A DNA stretch of 64,000 nucleotides from a virus (lineage: Duplodnaviria; Caudoviricetes): positions 175,091-239,090 of the IMG/VR virus record IMGVR_UViG_3300021979_000003. The stretch is one strand, 5' to 3'. Below are positions 30,087-40,473 of this stretch, piece by piece. The translations under genes and the position numbers were made by a program. Below the pieces are notes generated by a model. The model searched no databases. It was not told where the DNA came from and was given only the letters and a program-made list of their open reading frames with translations. Numbering within the stretch: the first letter of the stretch is position 1; each line of letters opens with the position of its first letter.

Positions 30087-31175
30087 TTATTTTTTGAATT
30101 TAGGTAACCAAGATGACGCACCGCGTTTGGGCTTATCGAGGTTGTGCAATTTATATGGGGATTCCACTGATTTAGATTCTTCATCTTCAGGGATTTGATC
30201 GACCAAATCATCAGCTTCTTCATCAGAAACTTTATTTCTATCAACCATTCCCTCATATTTCTTTTGAGTGTCTTCATTAACAGCATCATCTTCACTTTCG
30301 TTCATGCTATCAATATACTCTCTTACTTTCTGACGATGGATTTCTTTCTCATCTTCACTTAGATCATCATACAGTAATTCTTGATCTTGTACAGTCTCTT
30401 TTTTCTTCTCAAACATAGAAAACTCAGATCGTACACGGTTATCATTTCTATGCATATGAGCATGGTTTGCACAAATCAATAGCATAATAGCCAGTGGATC
30501 AAACATACATACAAGAATAATAATAAGTATCTTAACTGCCTTATCAATAGCCTCTGGTCCATCACCATAAATTATCTCTGCAATATATTTAATTGGACCC
30601 ACCTTCAATTCAATGTCCTGAATATTACTTCGGATATCAGATATTGAATTACGGTATTCGTCTATCTTATTTTCACTGGTAGCAATAGCACTTTCAACTT
30701 GCTCTCTCTGTTCAGACTGTTCTTCGCGCTGCTCTAGACCACGTGTTACGAAACCAAGCTCTATATACTTGTCTAGTGCTTGATCAAGGTTGTCCAGCAC
30801 AGATTGATTACGTTCAATTTTCTTACGTTCCATATCAATCTTTTCTTCCAGTCTGTCTATTTGAATAACATACTGTTCTTGTGGACCTACCTTCTCTAAG
30901 TGTGCTTTAGATAGGAAACCGAATATACCGATAGATGTTAGTGCCATCAAGCCAGCTATCAGCATTATCATTAGAGACTTTTGTATGAATCCGATCAGTT
31001 CCCAAAAACGATATACATAAGATACCGCCACTAGTTTACCGGCTTCTATCACAGTACCCATAACAATAATGGCAATAGCACTGGCGGAAAATACCGCCAC
31101 CAAGCCTGTGATTGAGAAGTAAGCTGCAACAGCAGCTATTGATAATGCGCTTAAAAATAGTATTGTAATAAACAT
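30087..31175 (-). CDS. Membrane-anchored coiled-coil protein
   Basis: Three N-terminal TM helices, long coiled coil, further TM (FDPLAI). Confidence 0.75.
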   Translation of the reverse strand: MFITILFLSALSIAAVAAYFSITGLVAVFSASAIAIIVMGTVIEAGKLVAVSYVYRFWELIGFIQKSLMIMLIAGLMALTSIGIFGFLSKAHLEKVGPQEQYVIQIDRLEEKIDMERKKIERNQSVLDNLDQALDKYIELGFVTRGLEQREEQSEQREQVESAIATSENKIDEYRNSISDIRSNIQDIELKVGPIKYIAEIIYGDGPEAIDKAVKILIIILVCMFDPLAIMLLICANHAHMHRNDNRVRSEFSMFEKKKETVQDQELLYDDLSEDEKEIHRQKVREYIDSMNESEDDAVNEDTQKKYEGMVDRNKVSDEEADDLVDQIPEDEESKSVESPYKLHNLDKPKRGASSWLPKFKK

Positions 31176-31194
31176 ATAAGTTAACCCTTTTAAG

Positions 31195-32547
31195 TTATTT
31201 ATATTCTTTCAAAAGGTCGCGTAAATCTTTTAGATACAACTTCTTAGCAGTTTGTTTATTCCACCAATCTATATCTTTTTTATGACTAGTAACTTCTCGT
31301 TGGAGCTTTTCAATGTTGTCCTTAGTCATCGTATAGACTGGAATTGAAATGATCTTGGTCACCAAGTCAGTATCGTATCCCTTTTTTACCATATCGTCAT
31401 GAAGTTGCTTACGCGTAACATTTCTTATATTGATTTTATTGTTGAGTACATCATTGATGAAATCAATTTTCGCATTCTTCAAAAGAATCTGTTCATTAAG
31501 CTTCTTAAGATTATGCTGTATACGATAGTTATAGAATCCAATTCTGAAATCACAGAATGTTTTGATAACATCTTCAACACAGTCATATGATTTTATTTTT
31601 ATATTACCCATACCATCTTCACCAGTTTGATTAAAGTCTTCGATCAAACTAATGTTTTCGGTAATAGGCTCCACAAGTTTTAACTCTTTTTCTAGGTGTT
31701 CCTGAGTTACCCCCCTTGCTGCATATATTTTAAAATCAAAGATGTCTGAAGTATCATCAACATACTTTTTGATTAAGCCTTTCTCTACTAATGAATCCAA
31801 GTGAGATACATATTTTTCATGTACATACTTCAAAGGAAGCTCTTTGATTCGGTAGATGTTAAGGCGTTCATGTTCCAATACACCTTTACAGATAAACTTA
31901 CTTGGGCCTACCTTTTCAAACGTTCCTTTGAATGGAGTAAGGTTGGGCATAACTTCAAGTACCTTTCCTTTGGAAACATAGTTTATACATGACTCAGTAA
32001 TATCAACTATAGACCTTGGTAAAATGTTCACTGCAAATCCTACTGCCATGCCCTTAGCACCGTTTAACAGCACAGTTGGAATGATTGGTAGGTAATATAG
32101 TGGTTCAGGGTGATCATCCTTATCCAAAGACTGAGGGAGTATATCATTGTCCTTGAATATCTTGTCAAAGTTCTCACCTAGCTTTACAAAGATATAACGT
32201 GCTGCACCAGCATCAGGTACAGGACGTGTACCGAAAGTTCCTTCATAATCCAGTAATGGAATATTCTGGTTGAAATCCTGTGCCATTTTAATAATCGCAT
32301 TCTCCGCAGAAACGTTACCATGGTGGTACGCTGATACTTTCGCAAGCACCCCACCAAGGGCAGATAGCTTTACAAAATCATTAGAACACTCTTTAATCGC
32401 GGCATAAATGATTTTTCTTTGTACTGGTTTGAATCCATCAATGATACTAGGAATTGCACGATCATTATTTGTGTATATTGAATAATCCCTATAACGGGTA
32501 TTGATATAATCACTAATCTTTACTACATTCTTTTTTGTTCTACTCAT
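31195..32547 (-). CDS. DNA topoisomerase II, medium/GyrA-like subunit (T4 gp52)
   Basis: DGFKPVQRK, YHHG and AARYIF catalytic Tyr. Confidence 0.95.
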   Translation of the reverse strand: MSRTKKNVVKISDYINTRYRDYSIYTNNDRAIPSIIDGFKPVQRKIIYAAIKECSNDFVKLSALGGVLAKVSAYHHGNVSAENAIIKMAQDFNQNIPLLDYEGTFGTRPVPDAGAARYIFVKLGENFDKIFKDNDILPQSLDKDDHPEPLYYLPIIPTVLLNGAKGMAVGFAVNILPRSIVDITESCINYVSKGKVLEVMPNLTPFKGTFEKVGPSKFICKGVLEHERLNIYRIKELPLKYVHEKYVSHLDSLVEKGLIKKYVDDTSDIFDFKIYAARGVTQEHLEKELKLVEPITENISLIEDFNQTGEDGMGNIKIKSYDCVEDVIKTFCDFRIGFYNYRIQHNLKKLNEQILLKNAKIDFINDVLNNKINIRNVTRKQLHDDMVKKGYDTDLVTKIISIPVYTMTKDNIEKLQREVTSHKKDIDWWNKQTAKKLYLKDLRDLLKEYK

Positions 32548-32559
32548 GTTAGTACCGTA

Positions 32560-34413
32560 TTACTCCAACCATTCTTTACGTAATTTCGCATCATCACCAA
32601 ATACCACTTCCAATATATCATCACAGTTTTCGTCATCTTGTACTGCTTCAATCAAAGGCTGTTCGATCAGATATTTCTTATACTGATTGACTCCGAGAGA
32701 GCCTAAACCCTTGAGGTATTTGATAGTTTCACCAGACTTTACTTTATATTTTTTATAATCACTTAAGGTATAAAATGATTTCACGATCTTTCCACTCTTA
32801 CGAATTTCCATAATAGGTGTGTAAAGAATATGAACAATACCTCTTTCAAATAGTTCAGGCCATAGCTTAAAGAAGTTGATCAACTGTGCAGTTATACAGT
32901 AACCATCAACGTCAGCATCAGCCGTGATATAAATCTTTCCGTAGTTATGATGTAGCCTATCTGGTACTGGCTCACCTAACCTTAGCCCTAGAATGGACAT
33001 CAACTCTTTACATTCATTATGCTGAAGAATATCCATTTTATTTTTTCTGGATACGTTCACAAACTTACCCTTTAGAGGATAGATACCATGATAGTTTCTA
33101 TCACGCACTGTCATGAAGTTACCCTTCGCACTATCACCCTCTACGATGTAAAGAACGTTTTTAGCAACATCCTTACTCTTAGGGGGAATGTGCTTAGCTA
33201 CTTTCTCTTTCAATGCCTTCTTCTGTTCAGCTTGAAGCTTTTTCCTTTCAGCACGTTCAGCTTTCATCAACTGAAATTCGATAATAGGCATTATGATATC
33301 TTCAGTCTTGAGGATTTTCTGTGCTAGCTTTTCAAAGTCGAGGTCTTTATACACAGCCTCAATTTCAGCTTTGTCATTTGTAATTCTTTCTTTTGTTTGT
33401 GAATCAAACTTCAAGTTTGGGAACTCTCTGGTAAAGTTCACAACAAATAGATGTTGCTTAATCTGTGATGGGACTACATCGATTTTATATTTCTTATTGA
33501 TAGCAGGTCTTAGATAAGATGCTAACGTATCCATTATATAATCAATATGAGAACCACCTTTAGTAACATTAAGGCCATTCACAACTGATATGAAACGAAA
33601 CTCTTCTGAAGTGTTTGGTAGAAAAGCCACCATACTCTTAGAATCTTTCTCATATACACTCTTTGATTCAAAATGTTTTAGGAAGTCACTGGTTTCTTTA
33701 TAGGAAACCTTTACTTCATTGAAAACGAATGTGATTTCTGGATAGATAGCAGCAAGCTTTTCAATCCTGTCTCTAATAACATCAATATGTTGCTGATCAA
33801 AACTCTTGATACCAAAGCGTGTAAAGTCTGGTTCAAAATAAACCTGCGTGTAGTTTTTCTTACTGCGTCCAACTTTAACATCATCCAAGTTATTGTTTTC
33901 GCTGGTATGGAGAATAAGTTTCTTTGAACCGTCACATGTTTCACCTACAAATTTCTTTGAGAAGATACTAACAACAGTAGAGCCAACACCATTCATACCA
34001 ATGCTCTGACGCGCATCTTCAATACTGTCATCGAAGTTCGTACCAGCTTTTGTATACGTCCAAGACATAACAGGGTTCCAGACATCTTTACCGTCTCTGT
34101 CCTGTACTTTAACAACCGGTATACCAGTACCATTGTCCTTGACTCGAACATAGTCTTCTGTCATGTCAATTTCAATTTTATTACCATACTTAAAATTAGT
34201 TTTAATAGCAACGTCTACTGAGTTATCAATTATTTCGTTCACCAACTTTAGTAGTCCGGGGATATATTCAATCTCACGGTACTCATTGATAATAAACTGA
34301 GTGTACTTTTCCTTAGACGTTGAACCAATAAACATGTGCGGTCTAAGCAGCACATGTTCTTCATCACTTAAATGCTTTGATACTTTGTGATATTTTTTAA
34401 GTGCATTACTCAT
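32560..34413 (-). CDS. DNA topoisomerase II, large/GyrB-like subunit (gp39+gp60 in one ORF)
   Basis: EIIDNSVD, GMNGVG, VEGDSA, PLKGK, DADVDG and YLKGLGSL. Confidence 0.95.
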   Translation of the reverse strand: MSNALKKYHKVSKHLSDEEHVLLRPHMFIGSTSKEKYTQFIINEYREIEYIPGLLKLVNEIIDNSVDVAIKTNFKYGNKIEIDMTEDYVRVKDNGTGIPVVKVQDRDGKDVWNPVMSWTYTKAGTNFDDSIEDARQSIGMNGVGSTVVSIFSKKFVGETCDGSKKLILHTSENNNLDDVKVGRSKKNYTQVYFEPDFTRFGIKSFDQQHIDVIRDRIEKLAAIYPEITFVFNEVKVSYKETSDFLKHFESKSVYEKDSKSMVAFLPNTSEEFRFISVVNGLNVTKGGSHIDYIMDTLASYLRPAINKKYKIDVVPSQIKQHLFVVNFTREFPNLKFDSQTKERITNDKAEIEAVYKDLDFEKLAQKILKTEDIIMPIIEFQLMKAERAERKKLQAEQKKALKEKVAKHIPPKSKDVAKNVLYIVEGDSAKGNFMTVRDRNYHGIYPLKGKFVNVSRKNKMDILQHNECKELMSILGLRLGEPVPDRLHHNYGKIYITADADVDGYCITAQLINFFKLWPELFERGIVHILYTPIMEIRKSGKIVKSFYTLSDYKKYKVKSGETIKYLKGLGSLGVNQYKKYLIEQPLIEAVQDDENCDDILEVVFGDDAKLRKEWLE

Positions 34414-34429
34414 AAGATTAATTTAACCT

Positions 34430-34933
34430 TTAGTCTTTTTTATAATTCATTATGTTTATATACATGTCCGTTTCTGTTTTATATTCTTCGTATTCGGACA
34501 TTGGAGTCTCACTTATAGAATTAAATTCATCTACATAGACTCTTTGTTTCTTCCCTACACGTAAACTGATAATGTTATCAAGTAGTGTTACATGTACGAA
34601 TTCTTTATTACGTTCAATACAGTAAGGAAGTGTTTTGTTGTTATAGGTATCCAGTAACGAAACACTGTTACTACCATCCACATATAATACCTTATCTTCC
34701 TGATCAGTCAATATACCTAGCATGTAAGAACTGTTTTTTATCTTTTTAAAACAACTAGGTACGAAACCATCCTCCACATCTTCTTCAATTGGCAGGGAGA
34801 CAACCGTATGGTTTACAATCTCTCTTTCGATGATTTCAAATATATGAAGGACGGTATGCACGGACCTTACGTTTAATTCGTATAGATCACAAAAGGTTCT
34901 CTTTCCAAAAGAACCAAAGAAGGAACTGTTCAT
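34430..34933 (-). CDS. Hypothetical protein
   Basis: ORF track; RBS present. Confidence 0.6.
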   Translation of the reverse strand: MNSSFFGSFGKRTFCDLYELNVRSVHTVLHIFEIIEREIVNHTVVSLPIEEDVEDGFVPSCFKKIKNSSYMLGILTDQEDKVLYVDGSNSVSLLDTYNNKTLPYCIERNKEFVHVTLLDNIISLRVGKKQRVYVDEFNSISETPMSEYEEYKTETDMYINIMNYKKD

Positions 34934-34944
34934 AATTTTCCTTA

Positions 34945-35412
34945 TTAACGTAGGATATCATCGTCGTCTAGGCCAGCAGCCTTAAGCTTGACGATATTAG
35001 TTATCTGGTAGTGTTTTACTTCCAATGCTTTAGTTATACTTGCAAATTTATTCCTTACCATAGCTACCTTATTGATTAGCATTAGTTTTTCAAGAACATC
35101 CGACTCACCATCGATATATTTTTCCACATCACGGCTGGATAGTGCACGTGAGTAATGTTCTAGGTATTGCTTATAATGCTTACTTTTAAGGTACTTCAGT
35201 TTTATATTAAACATTTCCAAAACGGCTTCGATTTCTTGTAATTGGGAGAAGCGCTTATCGGTAATAGCTGGCATCATTCGTGCTAGCTTTTCTACATGAC
35301 CATCTATGCCTAGCTCTGACTTGGCATCTTCAACCTCAGACATGTAGTAATTGTAGAATTGATCAATCTGCGTTTCATCTTGATCGAGTATGTCTAACCA
35401 GTTCTTTCTCAT
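34945..35412 (-). CDS. uvsY: Recombination mediator UvsY-like
   Basis: Helical pattern YLEHYSRALSSRDVEKYIDGE..ITNIVKLKAAG; GAGG RBS before ATG 35412. Confidence 0.7.
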   Translation of the reverse strand: MRKNWLDILDQDETQIDQFYNYYMSEVEDAKSELGIDGHVEKLARMMPAITDKRFSQLQEIEAVLEMFNIKLKYLKSKHYKQYLEHYSRALSSRDVEKYIDGESDVLEKLMLINKVAMVRNKFASITKALEVKHYQITNIVKLKAAGLDDDDILR

Positions 35413-35571
35413 AATTTCCTCTAACGAATAATTGGCTATATAACCACAGTTTCCTGATGTAGTCAAGTGGTTTCAATGTCTAACTTAAAAAGTCTAACCT
35501 AATCTTTATTATTTCTTATAAAGAAAAAGTAAGAGTTTTAGTTACAAAAGAAATATAATATCTTAATAAAA

Positions 35572-35689
35572 GAAATATCATGATAATGATATTTCATGTC
35601 TGTATTGAATGGAATGAAATACAGACAATAATATTTACTGATGTAGATTATCGCGTTCTTCAACGCGATATGAGTTGCATTGCAACTCA
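35572..35689. repeat. Four tandem perfect inverted repeats (hairpin array)
   Basis: Stems of 10, 10, 9 and 8 bp; see findings. Confidence 0.9.
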
Positions 35690-35690
35690 G

Positions 35691-35698
35691 TATAAATA
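35691..35698 (+). promoter_or_regulatory. Late promoter TATAAATA
   Basis: Exact motif directly after the hairpin array. Confidence 0.75.
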
Positions 35699-35722
35699 TT
35701 AATAAACAGTAGGAATACATAT

Positions 35723-36373
35723 ATGAAATACGAAAAGATCAAAGATGGCATTATAAGTATAATGAATTCATTGGGTTACCAGTTCAAACTCTATGATGGG
35801 GATGGCACTGCTATATCAAATCCATACGAATCCAAGTATATATTCGTAAAAGAACCCAATATGATGTTTATATTTGAAGAAGAACGAAATACAATAGAGC
35901 TTCATAAGTCAGATATGAAGACCAGTACCTTTAAGAAAGTCCTTCAGTTAGTAAGACAACTGACAAAAAAGTACTTCGTTAATCTTGAAGTTTCCAATTA
36001 CAACCAGATATTAGAACCTAAAGACTTCTCTAAAGATATTTTGAAGAAGCGTTACAATCTGAAACAGATGATGAACGCTGTTCACGAATCGTTAACAAAT
36101 AATAAATCGACGTATGAGTTATATGACCATATATTGTTTGTTGACAACGGTATAAATATTAAGGTAATCAATGAGGATAAGGCAGAGATTCTTAGTACCG
36201 AGTTGAGGCCATTTTTACCAGCTATTGCTAAGGGAGTTGATCATAAAAAGATCAGTAACCTGTTGGAAAGAAAGAAAGAGCTTGACAAAAATGGTAGATC
36301 GGTTACATTAGAAAGCCGTTCATATGACGACTTGAATAAGATCGTTGAATTACTTGAAAAGATGTCCTACTAA
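35723..36373 (+). CDS. Conserved hypothetical (probable virion) protein
   Basis: ORF track; late promoter; AGGA RBS. Confidence 0.65.
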   Translation: MKYEKIKDGIISIMNSLGYQFKLYDGDGTAISNPYESKYIFVKEPNMMFIFEEERNTIELHKSDMKTSTFKKVLQLVRQLTKKYFVNLEVSNYNQILEPKDFSKDILKKRYNLKQMMNAVHESLTNNKSTYELYDHILFVDNGINIKVINEDKAEILSTELRPFLPAIAKGVDHKKISNLLERKKELDKNGRSVTLESRSYDDLNKIVELLEKMSY

Positions 36374-36433
36374 TTAGGACATCAAATTATTAGCCAAAAT
36401 TAGCACTATTATATAACTAGGAGTAGTAACACA

Positions 36434-36793
36434 ATGCGTAAATCTTTTAATACCAAGCCTGTTGGGGAAACCGTGAGTACCGCTAAAGAACAAATTCAAA
36501 ATGGCGACTTCGATTTTTATATGCGTAATCGCAAGCAACAGGAATATCACCCCTCCAACGTGGGACAATTCACCCACAACCACTTCAAATTTGCATATAT
36601 CCTACAAGACATGGCGATGTTGTGTACGTCGTTAGAAATATCTAACTTCATTTGCAATATTGCATACTATCTTCGTAACGGTGAATTCGAGAAGATCACC
36701 CAAGAAGACCTTGAGTACACAGTAATGTTCGTACAAAAGGGAAGAGAGAAATACAATAAATCAGACTATGTGGACCTAGATTCACTTCTATAA
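36434..36793 (+). CDS. Hypothetical protein
   Basis: ORF track; AGGAG RBS. Confidence 0.65.
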   Translation: MRKSFNTKPVGETVSTAKEQIQNGDFDFYMRNRKQQEYHPSNVGQFTHNHFKFAYILQDMAMLCTSLEISNFICNIAYYLRNGEFEKITQEDLEYTVMFVQKGREKYNKSDYVDLDSLL

Positions 36794-36909
36794 AAAAATA
36801 TAGAAAAGTCTATTGACGTATTTCAATTTTATGATTTAATCATATTAACAATTACATTAACAAACTTATAAAAGTTAACACACTAAAATAATAAAAAGGA
36901 AACAAACTT

Positions 36910-37884
36910 ATGTCTAGCTTAGATGAAATCCGCGCAAAACTTGCAAAATCCCAAGGTGACAAAGCACCTAGCTCCACTTCCAGTGGCGATATCTATCCGT
37001 TCTGGAATGCTCCAAACGATTCAACCACTATTGTACGTTTTCTACCAGATGCTGATGAAAACAATACCTTCTTCTGGCGTGAGCGTCAAATGATCCGTAT
37101 TCCATTCGCCTCTGTAGAAGGCCATCCAGAACTATCCAACGTAGTAGTTGAAGTTCCATGTGTGGAAATGTACAAGGAAGGTGATAAGTGCCCAATCCTA
37201 ACCGAGACACGTCCTTGGTGGAAAACTGATAAAGAGGAACTAGCACGTCGCTACTGGCCTGCAAAGACCTACATTTATCAAGGTTTTGTACGTGAAGGTC
37301 ATATTGACGAAGAAAGTCCAGAAAACCCAATTCGTCGTTTCGTAGTAGCAAAATCTATTCACAAGATCATTGAGGCATCCCTACTTGATCCTGAAATGGA
37401 AAATCTACCAACAAACTTCGATCACGGTACTGATTTCAAAATCACTAAGAAGAAAGATGGTCAGTATGCATCCTATGCAACATCTGGTTTTGCACGTCGT
37501 GAATCATCCCTAACTGTCGAAGAGCGTGACTCAGTAGACAAGTTTGGTCTATTCGACCTAAGCGGCTTCCTACCACGTAAGCCAACTCAGGAAGACCTAA
37601 ACGTGATCTACGCGATGTTTGAAGAAAGCCTAAAAGAAGGTGATTCTGTATATCGCCTAGAGTGGGCAAACAAGTATCGTCCTAAAAACACGAAGCTTGA
37701 TTTAGGTAATGCTGCGGTAGGTACTGGAACTAGTACACCAACCCCTACGCCATCCGCTGCACCTGCTCAGGAATCAGCACAGAGTGCGCCTGCTCAAGAA
37801 CCTAAAGAAGAAGCACCTGCTGCATCTTCCGGTGGTACTGATGATGTTCTAGCACAACTACGTGCAAAAATGAACAAAGGCTAA
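36910..37884 (+). CDS. ssDNA-binding protein (gp32-like)
   Basis: IYPFWN..IVRFLPD..FFWRER, GTDFKITK, flexible Pro/Ala tail. Confidence 0.9.
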   Translation: MSSLDEIRAKLAKSQGDKAPSSTSSGDIYPFWNAPNDSTTIVRFLPDADENNTFFWRERQMIRIPFASVEGHPELSNVVVEVPCVEMYKEGDKCPILTETRPWWKTDKEELARRYWPAKTYIYQGFVREGHIDEESPENPIRRFVVAKSIHKIIEASLLDPEMENLPTNFDHGTDFKITKKKDGQYASYATSGFARRESSLTVEERDSVDKFGLFDLSGFLPRKPTQEDLNVIYAMFEESLKEGDSVYRLEWANKYRPKNTKLDLGNAAVGTGTSTPTPTPSAAPAQESAQSAPAQEPKEEAPAASSGGTDDVLAQLRAKMNKG

Positions 37885-37939
37885 TTCGAATTAAAATATT
37901 GGGGCCTTAGTGCCCCAAAACTATTTGGGGATAATAATA

Positions 37940-39043
37940 ATGAGAAAACCTGTAGATATGACAAAATTTGCTTCTAGTGTAACTAAGAAGCTGAACGTTA
38001 GTTATGGTTTTAATGACCCTAAGATTTGGGTTGATACCGGTAACTATATGCTTAACTATTTAATTTCAGGAGACTTTCATAAAGGGATTCCTTTGAGTAA
38101 AGTTTCTATGTTTGCTGGTGCATCTGGCTCTGGTAAGTCGCTGATTGTTTCTGGTATGCTGGTTAAACACGCTCAAGATATGGGCATCATTCCAGTTTTA
38201 TTCGACTCAGAGAACGCACTAGATGAAGATTGGCTTAAGAACTTTGGTATTGATACATCACCTGAAAAGATTCTCAGATTCCAAGTATCTATGATTAACG
38301 ATGTTGGTAAGATTATGTCTGAGTTTATCAAAGACTATCGTGCTAACTATTCTGATCTTGATCCTGAAGAACGTCCATGTTTCTTATTTGTAATAGATTC
38401 ATTGGGTATGCTATTAACCGATACTGACGTTGACCAATTTAATAAAGGTGACATGAAAGGTGATATGGGTCGTAAGCCTAAGCAGCTAAATGCACTTGTG
38501 CGTAACCTAGTTAACCAAATTGCTGATCTAAACATCGGTGTTGTATGTACTAACCATACCTATGCCTCACAAGATATGTTTGATCCTGACGATAAGATCA
38601 GTGGTGGTAATGGGTTTATCTTCGCATCGTCTATCGTAGTAGCAAGTCAAAAGCTTAAACTTAAAGAAGATGATGAAGGTAACAAGACTTCTGATGTTCA
38701 TGGTATTAAATCCGCAATCAAGATTATGAAATCTCGTTATGGTCGGGCTTACGAAACCTGTAAAATTCACATTCGTTTCGATAGTGGTCTTGATCGTTAT
38801 TCTGGTCTATTTGAATATATTGAACAGCTTGGTGTTATTGAAAGACAAGGTAACAAATACAAGTATGTTGATAAGGAAGGTGTGGAACATTCAGAGTTCA
38901 GAAAGAACTTTGGTCCAGAGCTTCTAGAAAAGATCGTTGAAGAATGGGATTATGATAAGTATAAGCTACTTTCAAACAAGGTTAGCCTTGAAGAAGAACG
39001 TGAAATGCTTGGGATAAAAACAGAAGAAAAGAAAGACGATTAA
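37940..39043 (+). CDS. uvsX: RecA-like recombinase UvsX
   Basis: DTGNYMLNYLISG, GASGSGKS, FDSENA, IDSLG and TNHTY. Confidence 0.95.
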   Translation: MRKPVDMTKFASSVTKKLNVSYGFNDPKIWVDTGNYMLNYLISGDFHKGIPLSKVSMFAGASGSGKSLIVSGMLVKHAQDMGIIPVLFDSENALDEDWLKNFGIDTSPEKILRFQVSMINDVGKIMSEFIKDYRANYSDLDPEERPCFLFVIDSLGMLLTDTDVDQFNKGDMKGDMGRKPKQLNALVRNLVNQIADLNIGVVCTNHTYASQDMFDPDDKISGGNGFIFASSIVVASQKLKLKEDDEGNKTSDVHGIKSAIKIMKSRYGRAYETCKIHIRFDSGLDRYSGLFEYIEQLGVIERQGNKYKYVDKEGVEHSEFRKNFGPELLEKIVEEWDYDKYKLLSNKVSLEEEREMLGIKTEEKKDD

Positions 39044-39045
39044 AG

Positions 39046-39074
39046 AAAAAGGGAACCAGAAGGTTCCCTTTTTT
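39046..39074. terminator. Bidirectional terminator
   Basis: AAAAAGGGAACC-AGAA-GGTTCCCTTTTTT. Confidence 0.8.
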
Positions 39075-39078
39075 GACA

Positions 39079-40059
39079 TTATTTAGATACTTGGATAACC
39101 ATGTCCACAAATTGTGCCATTTCATCGTAAGCATCACCCACTTCCCTGATTTTTTTAGCTAAAGTCTTTGAGAGTTCATTCAGCTTTTCTTTATCAAGTT
39201 CTTGGTCTTTAAGGAATCTTAAGAATACTTCTTTTGTATTTTTAAGGTCTTGTGGGTAAAGACGCATAATATTATCTTTGTAGTGATCGAAGTTGTTAGC
39301 GATGTGCTTCTTTAGATCATACTTGCTAGAAACGTGACCCATAGTCATGTCTTTCTCATCTAGCTTAGAATCTTCTTTTAGTTTGTCAGCAACAGCGTGT
39401 ACAAACCAATCCATGTGAGCAACGTTATCAAAGATTTGTCCGTTGTCTTCTGCAACTTCGATAGCTAGATCAGATTCGTCTTCGATTTCTTTCTTTGCCT
39501 TTTCAACAAAATCTTCATCGGACTCTTCCATTTCTTCAGATTCATCTAGATCACTGTAATCATCTTTGTAATCTCTTAGGTCTTCATTTAGACTATATAA
39601 TTCATAATCATATGGAAATGATTGGATTCCTTTTGAAGATAAATATTCTTTTAGAGATTGATCTTTAGGTTTTGTAAAAACAATATTATGATCGTGTTCT
39701 CGTGTCATTGAATGATCAATGCCTTTATTACTAAGAACTTTAGATACTTCGTCGCGCTTTTCGGGTGGTATAATAACCACAACCTTGTCAAGCTCTTCAC
39801 CTTCACCTTCATATATAGAAGGCTTACACATCTTACAGCGGCAATCTTCAGGATGATCAGCCGACTCATCAAGATCACTGTAATCATCTTTATAATCTTT
39901 TAGGTCTTCATCTACCTGTTCTTCACATTCCATGCACTGTTCACAATCACAATCCTGATCGTGTTCTTCTTCCATTTGTTCGGCCTGTTCTAGAATCTGT
40001 GCAATCATATCACGATGATTCTTATACATGTCAGAACCGCTATAGTATTTCTTACTCAT
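39079..40059 (-). CDS. Acidic probable head-internal protein with an internal 46-bp direct repeat
   Basis: EDL(K/R)DYKDDYSDLDES occurs twice; TATAAATA at 40095-40102. Confidence 0.75.
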   Translation of the reverse strand: MSKKYYSGSDMYKNHRDMIAQILEQAEQMEEEHDQDCDCEQCMECEEQVDEDLKDYKDDYSDLDESADHPEDCRCKMCKPSIYEGEGEELDKVVVIIPPEKRDEVSKVLSNKGIDHSMTREHDHNIVFTKPKDQSLKEYLSSKGIQSFPYDYELYSLNEDLRDYKDDYSDLDESEEMEESDEDFVEKAKKEIEDESDLAIEVAEDNGQIFDNVAHMDWFVHAVADKLKEDSKLDEKDMTMGHVSSKYDLKKHIANNFDHYKDNIMRLYPQDLKNTKEVFLRFLKDQELDKEKLNELSKTLAKKIREVGDAYDEMAQFVDMVIQVSK

Positions 40060-40119
40060 ACCTAACTCCTTAAATTTATTTTTTATTATAGTTATATTTA
40101 TAGGTAGTAAGAAATATTA

Positions 40120-40398
40120 TTAATAAACTCCCATAACAACGCCGAAAACCATACCAACTGCAACCACAATAAACACAAGTACCGCGACAGCCGCCAATGC
40201 CAGAAAGTATGTAGCGACTGCAATACATACACCAATCGCGATCCACGTCCCGACCCATGTTCCGATAAAAAATATACAAAAATAAGCGATAGCCATTGCG
40301 AACCCAAGTCCTTCCGCCAGCGCTGCAAAGAAATACAACGCGCCTGCGATAGTTCCTAATGTGATACCTATACCGTTGATTATGTTCATATCAGTCAC
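40120..40398 (-). CDS. Small hydrophobic membrane protein
   Basis: 92 aa, almost entirely hydrophobic; AAAGGG RBS. Confidence 0.6.
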   Translation of the reverse strand: MTDMNIINGIGITLGTIAGALYFFAALAEGLGFAMAIAYFCIFFIGTWVGTWIAIGVCIAVATYFLALAAVAVLVFIVVAVGMVFGVVMGVY

Positions 40399-40473
40399 CC
40401 TTTTATTTCAATATGATTAATTATAACATAAATACTATATAGACTTCAACTAAAACTATGGAGGTAGTCTATT

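Noticed and set aside
39560-39900. DYKDDY resembling a FLAG tag (engineered sequence)
   Set aside because: It is not DYKDDDDK, sits in a natural acidic repeat with silent divergence, and no vector sequence is seen.
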